A DNA stretch of 64,000 bases from Acidobacteriota bacterium (GTDB taxonomy: Bacteria; Acidobacteriota; UBA890; WLXD01), in NCBI GenBank assembly GCA_965205505.1, contig CBDBHB010000009.1:2624001-2688000 (forward strand). Direction: 5' to 3'. Position numbers and translations under genes: made by a program. Below are positions 11,757 through 23,803 of the stretch, piece by piece; the stretch's first letter is position 1; each line of letters begins with the position of its first letter. The notes beneath the pieces were generated by a model. It did not search any database, had not been told where the DNA came from, and saw only the letters and a program-made list of their open reading frames with translations.

Positions 11757-13138
11757 TCGAGAGCTTCCGGAACATCCTGGCGATTCCGGAGCTCCGGCAG
11801 CGGGTTTTCTATACGTTCGGCCTGCTTGCCGTTTTCCGGGTTGGCGCCAACATCCCGACGCCTGGAGTCAACTCGGCTGCCGTTTTGGAGTTTTTCCAGT
11901 CTCTGCAGGGGAGCTTTTTCGGCTTCGTCGATCTGTTCTCGGGCGGTGCCTTGAGCAACATGACGATCTTTGCGCTCGGGATCATGCCGTACATCTCGTC
12001 GTCGATCATCCTGCAGCTGTTGACGGTCGTATGGCCCTACCTGGAGCGATTGCAGAAAGAGGGCGACCTCGGACGCAAGAAGATCACCCAGTACACACGC
12101 TACGGCACGATTCTCCTTTCGATTGTCCAATCGATGTCGATCGCCTTCGTGCTCGAGAGCACCACGAGCCCGTCGGGTGCGGCCTTCGTTGACACGCCAG
12201 GGTTGAGCTTCCGTATGATGACGGTGCTTACGCTCACCACCGGGACCGCGTTTCTGATGTGGCTTGGCGAGCAGATCACCGAGCGCGGCATCGGCAACGG
12301 CATCTCACTGATAATCTTCGCGGGAATCGCCGTCAGCCTCCCGACCGCGCTGATCACCACCTACCAGCAGCTCGAGGCCGGATCGCTCAACCTGCTGACG
12401 TTGGCGCTGCTCGGCGCGCTGATGGTCGCGGTTACCGCGTTCGTGGTGTTGATGGAGAGCGGCCAGCGCCGCATACCGGTGCAATACGCCAAGCGTGTGG
12501 TAGGCAGAAAGCTCTACGGTGGGCAGAGTACACACCTGCCGATTCGCGTGAACACGGCTGGCGTTATCCCGGTGATCTTCGCCTCTTCGATCATCATGTT
12601 CCCGCAGACGATCACGTCGTTCATCACCCATCCGTGGGCACAGGCGGTGAGCGATGCTTTGGCGTGGGGAATGCCGCTCTACAACCTGATCTACGTGAGC
12701 GGGATCATCTTCTTCTGCTACTTCTACACGGCGATTATCTTCAATCCGGAGGACGTCGCCGACAACATGCGAAAGTATGGCGGCTTCGTTCCCGGTATCC
12801 GGCCTGGCAAGCGAACGGCTCAGTACATCGACGATATTCTGACGCGGCTGACGTTGATCGGTGCCGTCTACCTGGCCGCGGTTGCGATGTTGCCTCAGTT
12901 CCTGATCTCGGGGTTCAAGGTAGCTCCGATCCCGTTGATCGGCCCGTATCTTGACTCGATGATGCCGTTGTGGGTTACGGAGGGGCTCGGGGTTACGTTC
13001 TTCTTCGGTGGAACCTCGTTGTTGATTCTCGTCGGCGTGTCGATGGACACCGTGCGCCAGGTAGAAAGCCAGCTCGTCATGCGGCACTACGAGGGCTTCA
13101 TCAAAGGCGGACGGATCAAGGCACGGCGGTTCATCTAA
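11753..13138 (+). CDS. secY: Preprotein translocase subunit SecY
   Basis: IFALGIMPYISSSII, WLGEQITERGIGNGISL, PGIRPG, GGTSLLI. Confidence 0.99.
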   Translation: MIESFRNILAIPELRQRVFYTFGLLAVFRVGANIPTPGVNSAAVLEFFQSLQGSFFGFVDLFSGGALSNMTIFALGIMPYISSSIILQLLTVVWPYLERLQKEGDLGRKKITQYTRYGTILLSIVQSMSIAFVLESTTSPSGAAFVDTPGLSFRMMTVLTLTTGTAFLMWLGEQITERGIGNGISLIIFAGIAVSLPTALITTYQQLEAGSLNLLTLALLGALMVAVTAFVVLMESGQRRIPVQYAKRVVGRKLYGGQSTHLPIRVNTAGVIPVIFASSIIMFPQTITSFITHPWAQAVSDALAWGMPLYNLIYVSGIIFFCYFYTAIIFNPEDVADNMRKYGGFVPGIRPGKRTAQYIDDILTRLTLIGAVYLAAVAMLPQFLISGFKVAPIPLIGPYLDSMMPLWVTEGLGVTFFFGGTSLLILVGVSMDTVRQVESQLVMRHYEGFIKGGRIKARRFI

Positions 13139-13797
13139 TGCTGGTGGTCTTTCTCGGACCGCCGGGTGCCGGTAAGGGCACGCAGGCGGCGCGCCTGGCG
13201 GCCAAGTACGGCATCCCACAGATATCCACCGGGGACATGCTCCGCGAGGCTGTGGCCGCAGGGGATGAGCTTGGGGGCAAGATGAAGGCGATCATGGACT
13301 CCGGCGGGCTCGTCGACGACGACACCATGTGCGAAGTCGTGCAGGAGCGATTAAAGAAGCCGGATACCGCCGCCGGTGCCATCCTGGACGGATTCCCGCG
13401 TACTACGGTTCAGGCGGCCGCCCTGGACGAGCTGCTGGGCCAAACATCCCACGAGAGCGTTGACTTGGTGCTCTACCTTGACGTGCCCGAAGACGTTCTC
13501 GTTGAGCGGCTGTCGCGCCGCCGTGCATGCCCGGAGTGCGGTGCCAACTATCACATGACGTTCAACCCGCCGGCACAGGATTCGCGTTGCGATCGTTGTC
13601 GCACCGAGCTCGTCCAACGCGATGACGATCGCGAGCAGGTCGTACGCGAGCGGCTGGCTGTCTACCGCGAGAAGACGCAACCGCTAGTGGATCGCTACCG
13701 GGCGAAGGGGCAACTTGTTCGAATCGACGGCGATGCCGGAATTGATGAGGTGTTCGAGCGCAGCGACGCGGCGCTCAGTGAGCTGGTGAGCGCGTGA
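13138..13797 (+). CDS. adk: Adenylate kinase with Zn-binding LID
   Basis: GPPGAGKGTQA, STGDMLR, LDGFPRT, CxxC...CxxC lid. Confidence 0.99.
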   Translation: MLVVFLGPPGAGKGTQAARLAAKYGIPQISTGDMLREAVAAGDELGGKMKAIMDSGGLVDDDTMCEVVQERLKKPDTAAGAILDGFPRTTVQAAALDELLGQTSHESVDLVLYLDVPEDVLVERLSRRRACPECGANYHMTFNPPAQDSRCDRCRTELVQRDDDREQVVRERLAVYREKTQPLVDRYRAKGQLVRIDGDAGIDEVFERSDAALSELVSA

Positions 13798-14576
13798 TTG
13801 AGTACAAGTCTTCGGCCGAGCTCGAGCGCATGCACGCCGCGAACCAGATCGTCGCTACGGTTCGCGACGAGCTGGCATCGCGCGTGGCTCCCGGGGTGAC
13901 CACGGCTCAGCTGGACGATTACGCCGAGGCTCGCGTGCGCGAGCTCGGTGGCGAGCCTGCGTTCAAGGGCTACCGGGGTTTCCCGGCCACCGTGTGCGCG
14001 TCGCTCAACGAGGAGATCGTCCACGGTATTCCGTCGCCGAAACGACGGCTCGCGCCTGGGGACATCCTCGGTCTCGATCTTGGTGTTTGTCTCGACGGCT
14101 TCTACGGCGATTCGGCGATCACGGTGCCCGTGCCGCCTCTCGAGCCCGAGGTGCACCGTCTGCTCCTGGTGACCGCCGAGGCGTTGGACTGCGCCATCGA
14201 TCAGTGTGTGGTTGGCAACCGAGTGGGCGATATCTCGCACGCCGTGCAACAGCACGTCGAATCGGCCGGTTTCTCGGTGGTGCGGGAGTTCGTCGGGCAC
14301 GGGATCGGAACGTCGCTGCACGAGGATCCGCAGATCCCCAACTTCGGACCACCCGGCGTTGGCGTTCGGCTGCGGCCGGGGATGGTCTTGGCGATCGAGC
14401 CCATGGTCAATCTCGGTGCTGCCGCGATGGAGGTTCTCGACGATGGCTGGACAGCAGTAACCGTGGATCGTCGGCCTTCGGCACACTTTGAACACAGCGT
14501 GGCAATCACTGACGAGGGCCCTTGGGTTCTCAGCGCATCGGGTGCCCGGAAAGTGGCCCGAGTCGCGAGCTGCTGA
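13794..14576 (+). CDS. map: Methionine aminopeptidase type I
   Basis: VHGIP, GHGIG..LHEDP, AIEPM, SAHFEH. Confidence 0.98.
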   Translation: MIEYKSSAELERMHAANQIVATVRDELASRVAPGVTTAQLDDYAEARVRELGGEPAFKGYRGFPATVCASLNEEIVHGIPSPKRRLAPGDILGLDLGVCLDGFYGDSAITVPVPPLEPEVHRLLLVTAEALDCAIDQCVVGNRVGDISHAVQQHVESAGFSVVREFVGHGIGTSLHEDPQIPNFGPPGVGVRLRPGMVLAIEPMVNLGAAAMEVLDDGWTAVTVDRRPSAHFEHSVAITDEGPWVLSASGARKVARVASC

Positions 14577-14583
14577 GTAAAGT

Positions 14584-14805
14584 ATGACGCAGAAAGAACA
14601 AGCCGTGCAGGTTCGTGCCAAGGTCGTCGAGACGTTGCCGAACGCCATGTTCAGGATCGAGCTCGAGAACGGGCACAAGGTGCTGGCGCATATCTCCGGA
14701 AAGATGCGGAAGTACTTCATCCGCATCCTCCCGGGTGACGAAGTGCTGGTTGAGCTGTCGCCCTACGACCTGTCGCGTGGACGAATTGTGTACCGCTACA
14801 AATAG
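14584..14805 (+). CDS. infA: Translation initiation factor IF-1
   Basis: [33 protein letters not shown]. Confidence 0.99.
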   Translation: MTQKEQAVQVRAKVVETLPNAMFRIELENGHKVLAHISGKMRKYFIRILPGDEVLVELSPYDLSRGRIVYRYK

Positions 14806-14840
14806 GGAGTATCGACCCGCGCTCAGGCGCGTGGGGGTGG

Positions 14841-14869
14841 ATGCCGGCAAGTCGCAATCCTGCTACAAT
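14841..14869 (+). promoter_or_regulatory. Probable sigma70 promoter of rpmJ-alpha operon
   Basis: Extended -10 TGcTACAAT (14861-14869), with ATGCCG 17 nt upstream of the hexamer. Confidence 0.55.
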
Positions 14870-14906
14870 CGGCTCTCCGCTGAGATAAAGTTGGTGGGAG
14901 TTTGCC

Positions 14907-15020
14907 GTGAAGGTGAGAGCGTCGGTTCGTCGCATGTGTGACAAGTGCAAGGTTGTGCGCCGCAGGGGCACGGTCTACGTCATCTGCGAGAACCCGAAGC
15001 ACAAGCAGCGGCAGGGTTAG
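14907..15020 (+). CDS. rpmJ: 50S ribosomal protein L36 (not in ORF track)
   Basis: Translated by hand from GTG: [37 protein letters not shown]. Confidence 0.97.
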   Translation: MKVRASVRRMCDKCKVVRRRGTVYVICENPKHKQRQG

Positions 15021-15110
15021 CGCCAACGGCCGAAACAGAGCAGCCGGAGTCGGTGTCGAAGTTGGCACTCGCTCTCGAGCTCGGCGGACGTTAGTAAGAG
15101 GAGTTTTCCG

Positions 15111-15491
15111 ATGGCCCGTATTGCGGGTGTGGATTTGCGTCTGGACAAGCGCGTTGAGATCGCGTTGACCGGTATCTTTGGTATCGGTCGGGCGCGTGCG
15201 CAGGCGATTCTTGCGACCGCGAAGATCGAGGTCGAGCGCCGCGTGAAGGATCTGACCGAGCAAGAGGTCAGCCGCATTCGGCAAGTGATCGATCGCCAGG
15301 GACGAGTCGAGGGCGATCTGCGTAAAGAGCTCCAGATGAACATCAAGCGGTTGATCGAGATTGGCTCGTACCGAGGCATGCGGCACAGGCGCAACCTGCC
15401 GGTTCGCGGGCAGCGCACAAAGACGAACGCGCGAACCCGGAAGGGGCCACGCGGGATGGCCATCAAGAAGAGACAGAAGGCCAAACTCTAG
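15111..15491 (+). CDS. rpsM: 30S ribosomal protein S13
   Basis: [26 protein letters not shown]. Confidence 0.99.
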   Translation: MARIAGVDLRLDKRVEIALTGIFGIGRARAQAILATAKIEVERRVKDLTEQEVSRIRQVIDRQGRVEGDLRKELQMNIKRLIEIGSYRGMRHRRNLPVRGQRTKTNARTRKGPRGMAIKKRQKAKL

Positions 15492-15557
15492 CCCCTGGTC
15501 GAGTACCGAACGAGCCGGCGAAGCAGCCACTCCAGGGAGTAAACACAGGTTTAAGCT

Positions 15558-15944
15558 ATGGCGCATCGAAAGGCAGGCAAGAAGAAGGTCAAGAAGAACA
15601 TCGCCGCGGGCATAGCCCACATCCAGGCGACGTTCAACAACACGATCATCACGATCGCCGATACGGAAGGGAATACGATCTCGTGTTCCAGCTCCGGGTC
15701 GAAGGGGTTCAAGGGCTCGCGCAAGGGCACCCCGTTCGCCGCTCAGATCGCTGCTACCGACGCTGCCACGAAGGCCAAAGAGCACGGTGTTCAACGCGTC
15801 GAGATCCGTATCAAGGGGCCCGGAGCCGGGCGTGAATCAGCGATACGAGGTTTGCAGTCTGCCGGTATCAACGTCACGGCGATCCGCGATGTGACGCCGA
15901 TTCCACACAACGGATGCCGGCCACCGAAGAAACGCAGAGTCTGA
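15558..15944 (+). CDS. rpsK: 30S ribosomal protein S11
   Basis: [31 protein letters not shown]. Confidence 0.99.
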   Translation: MAHRKAGKKKVKKNIAAGIAHIQATFNNTIITIADTEGNTISCSSSGSKGFKGSRKGTPFAAQIAATDAATKAKEHGVQRVEIRIKGPGAGRESAIRGLQSAGINVTAIRDVTPIPHNGCRPPKKRRV

Positions 15945-15969
15945 GAGTGGTCTTCAGGAGGTAACAATA

Positions 15970-16599
15970 GTGGCGCGTTATACGGGCCCGGTTTGCAAGC
16001 TGTGCCGAAGGGAAGCGATGAAGCTCTTCCTCAAGGGCACGCGCTGCATGTCGGACAAGTGCGCGATCGAACGGCGCAATTACCCGCCCGGCCAGCATGG
16101 GCGACGGCGGCGTCGTCGTCCATCGGACTATTCGGCGCAGTTGCGCGAGAAGCAGAAGGTGAAGCGCATCTATGGCGTGCTGGAACGCCAATTCCGCCGC
16201 TACTTTCACGACGCGGCGCGCGAGCGTGGAATCACCGGAGAAACCTTGTTGACGTCGCTCGAACGGCGCCTCGACAACGTCGTCTACCGCATGGGATTCG
16301 GATTGTCGCGGTCACACGCCCGCCAGGTGGTCAGGCACGGGCATATCGCGGTCAACGGGTCACGCGTCGACATACCTTCGTACCGGGCACAGCAGGGCGA
16401 TACGGTCGCGGTACGCGACCGAAGCAACAGCAACACCGAGATCAAGATGGCCGTCGAGAACGCCAAGGTAGGGAGCCCGGTCGGGTGGGTCGAGATAGAC
16501 CACGACAAGCTCACCGGTACCGTGGCGCGATTGCCGATGCGTGAAGACGTCGACATGGAAATCCAAGAACAGCTGATCGTCGAGCTCTACTCGAAGTAG
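15970..16599 (+). CDS. rpsD: 30S ribosomal protein S4
   Basis: [33 protein letters not shown]. Confidence 0.99.
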   Translation: MARYTGPVCKLCRREAMKLFLKGTRCMSDKCAIERRNYPPGQHGRRRRRRPSDYSAQLREKQKVKRIYGVLERQFRRYFHDAARERGITGETLLTSLERRLDNVVYRMGFGLSRSHARQVVRHGHIAVNGSRVDIPSYRAQQGDTVAVRDRSNSNTEIKMAVENAKVGSPVGWVEIDHDKLTGTVARLPMREDVDMEIQEQLIVELYSK

Positions 16600-16647
16600 A
16601 GCATTCGACGCGCTGCAGAAACCGCTGTCTTTCAGGAGGTCCGGGAT

Positions 16648-17631
16648 ATGCTCTGGACTGGGTTCCAACGACCCAAGCGACTCGAGGTCGATCTCGATTC
16701 GCTAACGGATGGATACGGGCAGTTCATCGCCCAGCCGTTCGAACGCGGCTTTGCCATCACCGTCGGGCACGCGATGCGTCGAGTGCTGCTCTCCTCGGTC
16801 GAGGGTGCGGCAATCACGGCGCTCAAAGTGGAGGGTGTGCTGCACGAGTTCAGCTCGCTCCCCGGCGTGATCGAAGATACTACCGATTTGATCCTCAACC
16901 TCAAGAGCATTCCGTTCCGTCTGAACGTCGATAAGCCGAAGACCCTGGTCCTGCGCAAGGACGCCGAGGGCTCGGTGACGGCCTCGGATATCGAGCAAGA
17001 TCCCGATTTCACGTGCATTGACCCGGATGCGCACATCTGCACCCTGTCCAAGGGGGGCGCGATCGAATTGCAGATGCGTTTGGCGCGTGGTCGCGGCTAC
17101 GTTCCCGCCGATCGGAATCTGGAAGACGACATGGGTATCGGCTGGATCCCCATCGACTCGGTGCATTCGCCGGTCAAGCGCGTGAACTACAAGGTGGAGC
17201 GTGCACGGCTCGGCCGCTCAACCGATTACGAGCGTCTTGTGCTCGAGATGTGGACGAACGGCACGGTTACACCCGACCGTGCGATAGCGCTGGCCGCGAA
17301 GCTGATGCGCGATCATTTGGCGATCTTCGTCGACATCGAGGAAGAGCCGCAGCACGAGCAGCACGAGCCCGACGAGGATCTCACCGCGTTCTACTCGCAT
17401 CTGAATCGCTCTGTCGACGAGCTCGAGCTTTCGGTGCGCTCGTACAATTGCCTGAAGAATGCGAGCATTCGCACCATCCGCAATCTCGTTCAGCGTAGTG
17501 AACAAGAGATGCTGAAGACGAAGAACTTCGGCAAGAAGTCGCTGCAGGAGATCAAAGAGGTGCTGGCGGAGATGGGGCTAACGCTCGATATGGATCTATC
17601 GGACCTGCCGCCGCCGCCGGACGCCGTCTGA
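16648..17631 (+). CDS. rpoA: RNA polymerase alpha subunit
   Basis: [38 protein letters not shown]. Confidence 0.99.
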   Translation: MLWTGFQRPKRLEVDLDSLTDGYGQFIAQPFERGFAITVGHAMRRVLLSSVEGAAITALKVEGVLHEFSSLPGVIEDTTDLILNLKSIPFRLNVDKPKTLVLRKDAEGSVTASDIEQDPDFTCIDPDAHICTLSKGGAIELQMRLARGRGYVPADRNLEDDMGIGWIPIDSVHSPVKRVNYKVERARLGRSTDYERLVLEMWTNGTVTPDRAIALAAKLMRDHLAIFVDIEEEPQHEQHEPDEDLTAFYSHLNRSVDELELSVRSYNCLKNASIRTIRNLVQRSEQEMLKTKNFGKKSLQEIKEVLAEMGLTLDMDLSDLPPPPDAV

Positions 17632-17646
17632 GAGACGAGAGAACTG

Positions 17647-18246
17647 ATGCGTCACCGCCGAACTACCGCGACGCTGGGCCGAGCGCCCGCGCACCGCAAG
17701 GCCATGTTGCGAAACATGGTCACGGACCTGTTGCGGCACGAGAAGATCCGCACCACCGAGGCCAAGGCGAAGGTACTCAGGCCGCTCGCCGAGCGCATGA
17801 TCACGCTCGGCAAGCGCGAGTCGCTACATGCAAGGCGTTATGCGGCGCGGATCATCCGCGACAAAACGGTCCTCAGCAAGCTCTTTGATGATCTGGCCCC
17901 ACGCTACGCGGAGCGACTCGGAGGCTACACACGTATCATCAAGCTCTCCTCGCGCCCCGGCGATCGCGCCGACATGGCGGTGATCGAGCTAGTCGAAGCG
18001 GAGCTGCCGCAACGCAAGCGCAAGCCCAAGAAGAAGGCCGGGCCACGTACGGCGTCTCAGGACACCGTAGCCGCGGAGGCGATCCCCGACACCGACGACG
18101 CTGCGTCGAGCAGCGATCTCGCCGAGGCCGACGCAGACGCTAACGTTGCAGAGGGCGGCGTTGCAGACGACGTCGCTCCGCAAGAGCAGACCAGTGATCC
18201 GTCGGATGCAGGGGACTCGTCTGACGAAGACGAGAGCGAACGATAG
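17647..18246 (+). CDS. rplQ: 50S ribosomal protein L17 with acidic C-terminal tail
   Basis: MRHR...LGR...[16 protein letters not shown]; about 75-aa Asp/Ala/Ser-rich extension. Confidence 0.98.
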   Translation: MRHRRTTATLGRAPAHRKAMLRNMVTDLLRHEKIRTTEAKAKVLRPLAERMITLGKRESLHARRYAARIIRDKTVLSKLFDDLAPRYAERLGGYTRIIKLSSRPGDRADMAVIELVEAELPQRKRKPKKKAGPRTASQDTVAAEAIPDTDDAASSSDLAEADADANVAEGGVADDVAPQEQTSDPSDAGDSSDEDESER

Positions 18247-18270
18247 ACTCTTGGTTGCTTCAGCCAGTGA

Positions 18271-18343
18271 GGGCCGTTAGCTCAGTTGGGAGAGCGCCGG
18301 CCTCGCATGCCGGAGGTCGGGGGTTCGAGCCCCCCACGGTCCA
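18271..18343 (+). tRNA. tRNA-Ala(CGC), CCA not encoded
   Basis: Acceptor stem GGGCCGT/ACGGTCC with G3:U70, D arm, anticodon stem CCGGC/GCCGG with loop CT-CGC-AT, T loop GGTTCGAGCC. Confidence 0.95.
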
Positions 18344-18347
18344 CTCG

Positions 18348-18376
18348 AGAGCGCCCGTCGCCGACGGGCGCTTTCT
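18348..18376 (+). terminator. Intrinsic terminator after tRNA-Ala
   Basis: Stem AGCGCCCGTC/GACGGGCGCT followed by TTCT. Confidence 0.7.
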
Positions 18377-18485
18377 AGTAGAGTTCTTCAGCAACCTGCT
18401 AGTGGCCTGGCCGTGGGGCCCGGCCAACAGGCCCTCACTCCGTTCGCGCCAGCAAGAGGCCCGCCGTAGGAGACCACGCCGCTAG
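18375..18485. repeat. Stacked CTAG-bounded element remnants
   Basis: CTAG at 18375, 18399 and 18482; ...TTCTTCAGCAACCTG-CTAG looks like an IS/MITE end; 18403-18481 has degenerate inverted ends TGGCCTGGCC/GACCACGCCG. Confidence 0.4.
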
Positions 18486-18760
18486 TGTTCCTGATCATAA
18501 GTACGGTGACGTTTGTGGCGCGCGCGACCGGGGCGAATTGTAGGAGCGGCGACGAGGGCGATGCTGGGTGTATCGTCGAGGCGCCGCGACGCCCAAGGTG
18601 GCCGGTCCCGCGGCCACCCGGAGGGCAGGAGCGATATGCGGGCGAACTCGGCGTCAGGGCTCGTCGAGGATGGCTAAGGCATCGCCTTCCTCACCCTTCC
18701 TTGATCTCGCCCGCATCTCGCTCCTGCAAACGTCACCCACCGTACTTATGATCAGGAGCA
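18486..18760. mobile_element. CTAG-flanked MITE-like element, end type A (271 bp + 4-bp CCAC duplication)
   Basis: TIRs TG(T/C)TCCTGATCATAAGTACGGTGACGTTTG; CTAG at 18482-85 and 18761-64 (acs stop); near-identical to 44700-44970 inverted. Confidence 0.9.
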
Positions 18761-20677
<1,917 letters not shown>

Positions 20678-20726
20678 GCACGCTCACGAGGCCGCTACTG
20701 CTTCGTTGCTGAAAGGCGCCTCGGCG

Positions 20727-21467
20727 TCAGCGGAGACTCTGCGCCTGCGCTAGCAGGTCGGCTGCGTCGTCGTCGTCGGCATCCTGCAACGCCGCCACCA
20801 CGGCGTCGATCTGCGCAGCGGACGCATCGTTCTGGATGCGCCCGAGGGTAGCTACCGCGTAGGCTCGCATCTCGGGGGTGAGACCGGCGTTGGTGGCCAC
20901 GGCCGCGATAACCGCACAGGCTTCGTCGTTGGCGATGTCGCTCAGCGTATCCATGGATGTGCGTGCGACCAGCTCATCACTCGATGCGGCGCTAACCGCT
21001 ATCGCCCCAACCGCCAAGTCGGCCCCGGTCTCCAGCCGGCTCAACTGCGATAGTGCTGCTATCTGCGCGTCGCGCGTGCCCTCGCCAAGAGCCTGCGCGA
21101 ACACCCCGGACGCCGTTGCGTCGTCGAATTGCCGTATGGCCGCCACGGCTGCGTCACGCACACCGCGCGAGGCAGACATCGCTGCCGCCAAGGCCGGTAG
21201 CGCGGCGGTGTCGCCGATATTGCCGATTATCTGCGCTGCCCATTGCTTGACCTGGTTGCTGTCGTCGTTCTCCAGCGCATCGATCCAGATAGGCAGCGCC
21301 TCCGCCGACTCGAGGATCTCCAGGTTCTCGTTGTAGGTTTGCTGGGCCAGCGGGTCACCGAGGCGAACCTGCTCTATGAGCTGCTGTGACGCGTTCTCGA
21401 CCGGCGTACCGCACGCTGCCGTTACGAGCAGCGCGAGCACCAGGGGGGATCGTCGAATCATCGTCAT
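20727..21467 (-). CDS. HEAT-repeat lipoprotein
   Basis: AAGGAG RBS before ATG 21467; lipobox VTAAC; repeated VKQWAAQIIGNIGD and VRDAAVAAIRQF-type HEAT units. Confidence 0.75.
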   Translation of the reverse strand: MTMIRRSPLVLALLVTAACGTPVENASQQLIEQVRLGDPLAQQTYNENLEILESAEALPIWIDALENDDSNQVKQWAAQIIGNIGDTAALPALAAAMSASRGVRDAAVAAIRQFDDATASGVFAQALGEGTRDAQIAALSQLSRLETGADLAVGAIAVSAASSDELVARTSMDTLSDIANDEACAVIAAVATNAGLTPEMRAYAVATLGRIQNDASAAQIDAVVAALQDADDDDAADLLAQAQSLR

Positions 21468-21529
21468 GAGTCTCCTTTCGAGGCCGGTACCTGGCAGAAA
21501 CGGGTCTCGGGCGGTTTTCAAGGGCTGTT

Positions 21530-22015
21530 TCAATACCGCTCCTCGAGCCTTTGTATGGCGTAGCTCACGAGGTTGTCCACCGAGCGTCCGGACACGCGCC
21601 AACCCTCGGGGGTGTGCCGCAAATGCACCGTGTGCGCACGGGTTCGACTGTCAGAGTCGGTCATCGTTACCTCCACCGATGCACGCTCGCCGTCGATGGT
21701 CGCCGGCTTCGCGTCGTAGATGAGGTTCTCCTCGCGCGGAGTTTCCTGGAACAGGCCCCAGAGGATCGTCTCCACTGAGCTCCGCAGAAACGTGGTCGAG
21801 TTCCCGTCCCTGAGCACAAGAGTCACATCGTCCTCGATACGGCCGACGATCTCGTCCAGATCGAGCCTCGCGAGCGCGTCGTCCGAGTCCGCGTGCCGCG
21901 TGGCCCGCATGTACTCGATCGCGACAATCTCGGGGTCGGTTGACGTGCACGCAAACGTCAGTAGGCCAGCCGCTATGACTACCGCCCGATGGATGAATCG
22001 TCCGCGATTGGACAT
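21530..22015 (-). CDS. Putative lipoprotein (NTF2-like/DUF4878-type)
   Basis: Signal peptide with lipobox LTFAC; C-terminal IDGERASVEV...VHLRHTPEGWRV typical of this fold. Confidence 0.6.
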   Translation of the reverse strand: MSNRGRFIHRAVVIAAGLLTFACTSTDPEIVAIEYMRATRHADSDDALARLDLDEIVGRIEDDVTLVLRDGNSTTFLRSSVETILWGLFQETPREENLIYDAKPATIDGERASVEVTMTDSDSRTRAHTVHLRHTPEGWRVSGRSVDNLVSYAIQRLEERY

Positions 22016-22089
22016 CAAACGGGTCGTAGGAGAATGGAAGCCAAAGGGCCGACGCACAGAGCCGAAAGTATGGCCGGGTGTGTCTGTTG

Positions 22090-23658
22090 TCAAGGTACGG
22101 TCGGGCGCGAGAAGATCACCCGGCCGCCCACGAGAACAATCAGCGCCTGTGTACCCGGAAGCTTCGTGTCTTCGTCGAAGGGGTCTGCCGACCAAACCAC
22201 GAGGTCGGCCTTGGCATCGATCGTGAGGCCACGCGACCCGAGCAGTTGATCCGCCAACGCAACCCGGAGGGAGTCGCGAACCGACAGTCGCTGGGGAGCG
22301 TTCCAGCCGTCGAGCGGGTAGCCCTGTAGGTCCTGTCGCCGGTTCATGATCCAGAGCGCTCCCATCGGGTCGAGGGGGAATGCCGGGGCGCGCGTCGCAA
22401 AGGCTACGAGCTTTCCGGCGCGGGCGAGATCACGATAGGAGTGGGCTTCCGAGGCGCGTTGTGCCCCGATGCGATCCGCCAGCCAGTACAGGTCGTGGGC
22501 CATGCGATGCGGCACGATGGCGACGTGCCGGGCGTTGACATCGGCACCCGGCGGCAGGATGTCGGCGCCCACCACGAGGCCCTCGGCGGCGGCAGCGCAG
22601 TCGCCAACCGCGATGATGGCCGCATCGCCCCGCAGATGGGTGTCGAGAGGTAGTTGCAATGCGGCGGCACGATCGCACGCCGCCTCGAGTGCGGAAGCCG
22701 GAGCCGGAGGCGCTGCGGTTGACGCATCTGCGTAGGGCGCGGACACGGCCGCCAAGCGCAGCGCCAGCGGACCATCCACGTCGAGTCCAATCGAGGTGAT
22801 CTGAAGGTTGTTGTCGGCCTCCGGCCGGTCGGGAGGGCGAGCTGTGGGTTGCAGGCGGGCACGAACATGGATCTGCAGGTCACCGGTCTGCGCAAGCTGT
22901 ACCAGTAGCTCGACGGCCTGGTTATCGAGCGGTGCGGACGATACCGAAGTGAAGCCGGCGGCCGCCGAGGCCTGCAAGCCGCCGATGATCCAGCCGCGTC
23001 GCTGGTCGGACGTGACGGTGGGCAACATGGCCTCCGCACGTTGCAGCGCTGCACCGGCCAACAGGCCCGTAAGGTTGCCGTCGACGTCTCTCAGCACCTG
23101 GTCGGTGGTGCCGGTCGTCGCCAGGGCGGTTCCGTTGAGCCAAGCTACTCGACCGATGCGACGGTAGAGGAGTACCGGGCGCGTATCGGTGATGCCGTCG
23201 AGCAAGTGACGGTCCGGCACTTGCCCGCTAGGCCACATCGTCTCATCCCATCCCCACCCGACAATCCAACCGGATCCCTCGACGGAGGCGGCGCGCAATC
23301 GTGCTTGCACCTCGCGCGGGGTAGCCGTTCGGGTGAGATCGAGCATGTCGGCGCGTCGTCCGACGGCCTCGAGATCGACCCACGCGTCGTGGAATCCGGG
23401 AAGTACCGGCGCACCGCCAAGGTCCATCTCTTGGGTGAAGTCCGTCGCCAGAGCCCGAACCTGCTCGTCGGTACCCAGGGCGACGATGCGATCGTCGGCG
23501 ATCGCCAACGCGGATACCGGTTCCGTTGACTCCGCCGAGGCATAGATATGCCCGGCGGTCAGGATCAGGTCTGGGCCGGTCTTTTCGGGTGCGCTGCAAG
23601 CGCAAATGAACAAGGCGACGAGCCCGAGCGCGCCGTCCAGCAGGCGTATTCGTAGCAT
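22090..23658 (-). CDS. Amidohydrolase_3 (YtcJ-like) lipoprotein, degenerate metal site
   Basis: ALAIADDRIVALG, DLGGAPVLPGF, GWGWDE, ADLVV; lipobox ICAC; RBS GGAGGGAG before ATG 23658. Confidence 0.8.
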   Translation of the reverse strand: MLRIRLLDGALGLVALFICACSAPEKTGPDLILTAGHIYASAESTEPVSALAIADDRIVALGTDEQVRALATDFTQEMDLGGAPVLPGFHDAWVDLEAVGRRADMLDLTRTATPREVQARLRAASVEGSGWIVGWGWDETMWPSGQVPDRHLLDGITDTRPVLLYRRIGRVAWLNGTALATTGTTDQVLRDVDGNLTGLLAGAALQRAEAMLPTVTSDQRRGWIIGGLQASAAAGFTSVSSAPLDNQAVELLVQLAQTGDLQIHVRARLQPTARPPDRPEADNNLQITSIGLDVDGPLALRLAAVSAPYADASTAAPPAPASALEAACDRAAALQLPLDTHLRGDAAIIAVGDCAAAAEGLVVGADILPPGADVNARHVAIVPHRMAHDLYWLADRIGAQRASEAHSYRDLARAGKLVAFATRAPAFPLDPMGALWIMNRRQDLQGYPLDGWNAPQRLSVRDSLRVALADQLLGSRGLTIDAKADLVVWSADPFDEDTKLPGTQALIVLVGGRVIFSRPTVP

Positions 23659-23766
23659 CTGCTCCCTCCGCAGGGCACCGTATTCTAGCCGGTGGCTCTC
23701 GTGGGCTGCGCGGGCGCCAGTCCACGGGGCCAGTCCGCGCGGCGTGTTGCGGGCTCCGCGCGGAGT

Positions 23767-23796
23767 TTGACAGCCGCTTGGCGACGCCTCTAGCCT
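23767..23796 (+). promoter_or_regulatory. Probable sigma70 promoter, leaderless start
   Basis: TTGACA-N18-TAGCCT, with ATG 23804 seven nt downstream. Confidence 0.5.
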
Positions 23797-23803
23797 GGCA
23801 CAC

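Noticed and set aside
23-18246. Long antisense ORFs over ribosomal and housekeeping genes (e.g. 1368-3008, 12305-13219, 13695-14726; also 29484-31001, 51867-53153)
   Set aside because: Shadow ORFs expected at high GC; they have no motifs and overlap confidently identified genes.
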